Assembly: GCA_965207885.1 (NCBI GenBank)
Contig: OZ242311.1
Coordinates: forward strand, 4,192,001-4,256,000
DNA length: 64,000 nucleotides
Origin: Candidatus Latescibacterota bacterium
GTDB lineage: Bacteria; Latescibacterota; UBA2968
Direction of reading: 5' to 3'
The translations under genes were made by a program, and so were the position numbers. Positions 60,326-64,000 of this stretch are shown here, one piece after another. The notes beneath the pieces are model-generated. The model worked only from the letters and a program-made list of their open reading frames with translations. It was not told the DNA's origin and made no database searches. Numbering within the stretch: position 1 is the first letter of the stretch; the number at the start of each line of letters is the position of its first letter.

Positions 60326-62197
60326 TCATTTTTTTCTTTCCAAAACTTCCCATTCCTCAAATAAGCGCTCCATTTCCTTTTGGATCTCTTCCTTTTCTCG
60401 CGCCAGTTCCTTCAGACGATGCCAGTCGGTGGCGAGGTCTTCCCGCGCCATTTCTGCAACTATCTGATCGGTCTGGTCCTCGAGTATTGCAATCGCTTCT
60501 TCTATTTCGGCTAAGCGGCGTTCCCGTCTTTGCTGCTGCCGCATTGCGCGCTTGCGATTTTCATAGTCGGTTTGCGTTTTGGACGCAGTCTGCACGGTCG
60601 GTATTTCTACACCCTGCATCTGGCGCTGATAAGCATCGTAATTGCCATCTACCAGTTGCCACTTTCCTTCGCCAAGCACAATCAGGCGATTGACCAGACG
60701 GTTGAGAAAATACCTGTCGTGTGAAACCGCGATCACCGTTCCTGAAAAAGCATCAAGCGCGTTTTCGAGCACATGGCAGGAGGCCATATCCAGATGGTTG
60801 GTGGGTTCGTCGAGCACCAGCAGATTGAGGGGTGCGCGCATGAGCTTGGCCAGGGCAACGCGACTTTGTTCTCCCCCACTGAGCGAACCCGTCTCACGCT
60901 CCACATCGTCTCCCGAAAAGAGAAACGCACCCAGAAAATTTCTAATCTCAACTTCTGGAACATTGGGCGTAAGTGACCAGATTTCTTCGAGAACGCTCAA
61001 ATTGGGATTCAGGTCCTGACGGGTTTGCGCGTAATAACCGATCTCGAGACCTTTGCCCGGGATAATGCGTCCCGCGTCCGGTGCGAGTTGTTCCATAAAA
61101 ATTTTCAAAAGTACGGATTTGCCCGAACCATTGGGACCTATAATGCCCAGGCGCTCGCCTCTCCACAACGTGAGATTGAGATCGAAAAATAGAGGGCAGT
61201 TAGGATATCCTTTGGTGAGATTCTCAACCTGTAAGACGCGATCTCCTCCCCGTGTGGTGGTGTTAAATCTGAGCACAATATCGCGTTGTTCCACAACGCG
61301 TTCTACGCGGTCGAGTTTTTCGAGTGCTCGGCGTCGGCTCTGTGCCTGTTTGGTCTTTTGTCCGGCGATATTTCGGCGGATATACTCTTCGGTTCGCTCG
61401 ATATGCGCTCGCTGCGCTCGATAGGCTTTTTGCTGCTGCGCCCGGCGTTGTTCTTTTTCCTCAATATAGAAGGAATAGGTTCCCGAATATTGTTCGACCA
61501 CACCGCGTTCCAGATCTACAATTTTGGTCACAGTGCGCTCGAGAAAAGTTCTGTCGTGAGAAATTATGACAAAAGCTTTGGCATAATCCGAAAGAAAGTA
61601 CTCGAGCCATTCTATAGCTTGTAGGTCGAGGTGGTTAGTGGGTTCGTCCAGAAGCAACAGATCGGGTTCTCTTGCGAGCAATTGGGCAAAGGCCAGGCGA
61701 TTTTTCTGCCCGCCACTGAGCACTCGAGTTGGCAATTTCAGGTCGATTTCGCAAAAACCAAGACCAAACAGAATGGCTTTGGCACTGGCTTCTGTCGCAT
61801 ACCCTCCCATGTGCTCATACTGGTCGCGGAGATGCCCATAATCATTGAGCACAGCATCGGAATTTTCACCTTCAGCCATAATTTTTTCCAGGTCATGGAG
61901 GCGATGTTGCAGAGCCAGAATATCGGCAAAAGCATCGAGTGCCGCATCCATGACCGTAAGCTCTGGATCAAATATGGGTTCCTGTGTCAGAAATTCAATA
62001 TTGACACCGCGCTGTCTGTGAATTTGCCCGTGGTCGGGCAGGCTTTCTTCGGTTATGAGCCGAAGCAACGTGGTCTTACCGCACCCATTGGGCCCGACAA
62101 GCCCGATGCGGTCCCCTGGATCAATTTGCCAATGAATACCAGTGAGCACATCGTGCGCGCCGAAGGATTTCCAGATATCTTCGAGTTGAATAATCAC
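60326..62197 (-). CDS. ABC-F family ATPase
   Basis: Two ABC domains (GPNGCGKT, GPNGSGKS, LSGG, DEPTNHLD twice), no TM segments, C-terminal coiled coil. Confidence 0.92.
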   Translation of the reverse strand: MIIQLEDIWKSFGAHDVLTGIHWQIDPGDRIGLVGPNGCGKTTLLRLITEESLPDHGQIHRQRGVNIEFLTQEPIFDPELTVMDAALDAFADILALQHRLHDLEKIMAEGENSDAVLNDYGHLRDQYEHMGGYATEASAKAILFGLGFCEIDLKLPTRVLSGGQKNRLAFAQLLAREPDLLLLDEPTNHLDLQAIEWLEYFLSDYAKAFVIISHDRTFLERTVTKIVDLERGVVEQYSGTYSFYIEEKEQRRAQQQKAYRAQRAHIERTEEYIRRNIAGQKTKQAQSRRRALEKLDRVERVVEQRDIVLRFNTTTRGGDRVLQVENLTKGYPNCPLFFDLNLTLWRGERLGIIGPNGSGKSVLLKIFMEQLAPDAGRIIPGKGLEIGYYAQTRQDLNPNLSVLEEIWSLTPNVPEVEIRNFLGAFLFSGDDVERETGSLSGGEQSRVALAKLMRAPLNLLVLDEPTNHLDMASCHVLENALDAFSGTVIAVSHDRYFLNRLVNRLIVLGEGKWQLVDGNYDAYQRQMQGVEIPTVQTASKTQTDYENRKRAMRQQQRRERRLAEIEEAIAILEDQTDQIVAEMAREDLATDWHRLKELAREKEEIQKEMERLFEEWEVLERKK

Positions 62198-63012
62198 CTT
62201 TTATCGCCCCTCACGCTATTGAGCACCTGACGCAGATCTTCCGCAGATTGCCGAGCGGCGTCTGCAAAATCGATACCACTGGAAGCGTAGAGGATGCTGC
62301 GCGACGAATTGACGAGAATACCGCTGCCTTTTCTGTTCAGACCATTTTGGACAATTGCATTAGTCTGACCGCCTTGCGTCCCGACACCGGGCAAAAGGAT
62401 GGGGAGGTCAGTGGCAATCGCGCGAATGGTTTTTAAGTCGTTGGGATGTGTTGCCCCCACAACGAGACCACAGGGTCCTATTTCCGACCATTTCACAGCT
62501 TTTTGTGCGAGCACCTCATACAGCACGCCCTGGTCTGTGTTGAGGCGCAAAATATCAGCCGACCCGGGATTGGATGTGAGGCACAAAAGAAAAGCACAGC
62601 CGTTTTGATAAGCCAAAAAGGGGGCAATAGCATCTGTTCCCATCAGAGGGTTGATAGTCACGGCATCAACGCCGAGTTGGCAATATGCCATGTATGCATA
62701 GTGTTCTGCTGTATTGCCAATGTCGCCAGCTTTGAAATCGAGTATAATTGGCATGTCGTTGGGAACAGCCTGGATCACGCCTTGAAGAGCCTCCCAGCCC
62801 GCGATGCCCTGAGCGCCAAAAAATGCAAAATTGGGTTTATAGGCGCATGCAATATCCCGTGTGGCGGCTATAATTTCTTTTAGAAAAACGAGGGTGGGAT
62901 TGGATTTCCCTTTGAGATGTTCGGGCAGCTTTGCCGAATCGGGATCGAGCCCCACACATACAAAACTGTTATTGCGTTGTACCGTATCGCTGTATTTTTC
63001 TGAAAAGGACAT
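62194..63012 (-). CDS. pyrF: Orotidine-5'-phosphate decarboxylase
   Basis: CVGLDP, YKPNFAFF, DFKAGDIGNT, TSNPG, VVGAT, PGVGTQGG, SSRSI. Confidence 0.95.
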   Translation of the reverse strand: MSFSEKYSDTVQRNNSFVCVGLDPDSAKLPEHLKGKSNPTLVFLKEIIAATRDIACAYKPNFAFFGAQGIAGWEALQGVIQAVPNDMPIILDFKAGDIGNTAEHYAYMAYCQLGVDAVTINPLMGTDAIAPFLAYQNGCAFLLCLTSNPGSADILRLNTDQGVLYEVLAQKAVKWSEIGPCGLVVGATHPNDLKTIRAIATDLPILLPGVGTQGGQTNAIVQNGLNRKGSGILVNSSRSILYASSGIDFADAARQSAEDLRQVLNSVRGDKR

Positions 63013-63031
63013 TCAATCTCTCCATTAAGCA

Positions 63032-63062
63032 AATGGCGGACCCCTTGTGGGAATCCGCCGTT
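63032..63062 (-). terminator. Hairpin downstream of rnpB
   Basis: AATGGCGGA/TCCGCCGTT stem. Confidence 0.5.
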
Positions 63063-63095
63063 ACTGAATAACACCACTTCAGCACATGCTTTGAA

Positions 63096-63465
63096 ACAAG
63101 CGGGCCTGTAAGCCGAGTTCTGTCGTCTGGTCTCCCAAACGGATGGCCATTTATCTGGGACGCCAGTTACCCGACGCCTCTTGCAGCCTACCCGAGCATA
63201 ATAGCGAGACGGGCCATCTCTCTGCTCCTATTCGGCCTTGCTCCAAATGGGGTTTACCGTGCCGCGCTCGTCGCCGAGTCGCGCGGTGGGCTCTTACCCC
63301 ACCGTTTCACCCTTGCCCGTAGCGCGAAAAATCGCGCCCGCTGGCGGTCTGTTCTCTGTGGCACTTTCCATCGGGTCGCCCCGCCTGGGTGTTACCCAGC
63401 ATTTTGCCCTGTGGAGCTCGGACTTTCCTCATCCCAAAAGGGACGCGACCATCCGGTCCGCTTGT
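63096..63465 (-). ncRNA. rnpB: RNase P RNA (type A)
   Basis: Minus strand GAGGAAAGTCCGAGCT and ACAGAACTCGGCTTA conserved regions; P1 formed by ACAAGCGG/CCGCTTGT ends. Confidence 0.96.
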
Positions 63466-63472
63466 AACATTT

Positions 63473-63895
63473 TTATTTTTTAGACGTGTCGGCACTGTCT
63501 TTTGTTGCAATGCCCTGGTTTGCCAACTGGTCAGCTTCTTTATTCTGATCTCGGCGCACGTGTTTGATCCTAAAGCCGTCAAAGGTTCCACTCAGCATTT
63601 GGGCGGTCTGATAAAGCGGCAAAAGCCCTCCGCTTTTGACTTTGTAAGTCCCATTCATCTGGCGAACCACGAGTTCGCTGTCGGAAAATACTGTCACCCG
63701 GTTGGCTTTGAACTCTGCGGCTTTTTCAAGGCCCTTAATCAGCGCGCGATACTCTGCGACATTGTTGGTCGTACAGCCGATATATTCACAGTGTTCCGCG
63801 ATACAATCTCCATCTGCTTCAATGCGAATGCCAATGCCAGCATGCCCGGGATTGCCCCTGGATGCCCCGTCGATAAATAAGGTCAATTCGGTCAA
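63473..63895 (-). CDS. rnhA: Ribonuclease HI
   Basis: DGASRGNPG, TNNVAEY, DSELVV, N.EADQLAN. Confidence 0.92.
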   Translation of the reverse strand: MTELTLFIDGASRGNPGHAGIGIRIEADGDCIAEHCEYIGCTTNNVAEYRALIKGLEKAAEFKANRVTVFSDSELVVRQMNGTYKVKSGGLLPLYQTAQMLSGTFDGFRIKHVRRDQNKEADQLANQGIATKDSADTSKK

Positions 63896-63999
63896 ACTTC
63901 AGCCTCTTCATCATTCCATACCAGAAGGCGACCACAATTTTCGCAGCGCATGATACTATCGGCGCGTCTGACTTCCACCAGGCGTTGAGGGGATAATTG
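63892..63999 (-). CDS. 3' end of a C4-type zinc-ribbon (DUF164-like) protein, truncated by window edge
   Basis: ...QLSPQRLVEVRRADSIMRCENCGRLLVW...*; stop overlaps the rnhA start. Confidence 0.75.
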   Translation of the reverse strand, partial: QLSPQRLVEVRRADSIMRCENCGRLLVWNDEEAEV

Positions 64000-64000
64000 G

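Noticed and set aside
63238-63880. ORFs of 81, 94 and 163 aa over rnpB/rnhA
   Set aside because: They overlap RNase P RNA or lie antisense to rnhA; spurious

Overview
Chromosomal window of a diderm bacterium with roughly 50% GC. The gene complement (LptD, BamA, Skp, LolA, an FlgD-type C-terminal domain protein, sulfatases) suggests an FCB-group relative such as Latescibacterota or Gemmatimonadota, which is an inference. Most of it is housekeeping: glyA with a ZMP/ZTP riboswitch, priA, maf, dtd, lptD, tRNA-Leu(TAG), lysA, larE, def, pncB, moaDE, tsaD, ftsK, lolA, prfB with its +1 frameshift, lysS, lolD, clpC, bamA, skp, fabZ, an ABC-F gene, pyrF, rnpB and rnhA. Two complete IS elements (IS5 family; IS4 family, ISAba1-like) have readable inverted repeats and target duplications. 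Best candidates for undescribed biology: (1) an AT-rich islet between prfB and lysS, bounded by a duplicated lysS leader, encoding an ABC-type DUF3696-like ATPase with an inserted NusA-AR/RadA-like tandem HhH domain plus an apparently inactive PIN-like protein; (2) an Omp85 barrel fused to an atypical-kinase-like domain beside DUF4956 and a YjiK propeller; (3) an ATP-grasp-larE-pncB-moaDE operon; (4) an unannotated 31-aa membrane microprotein. All family calls come from motif recognition by eye; no searches were run.
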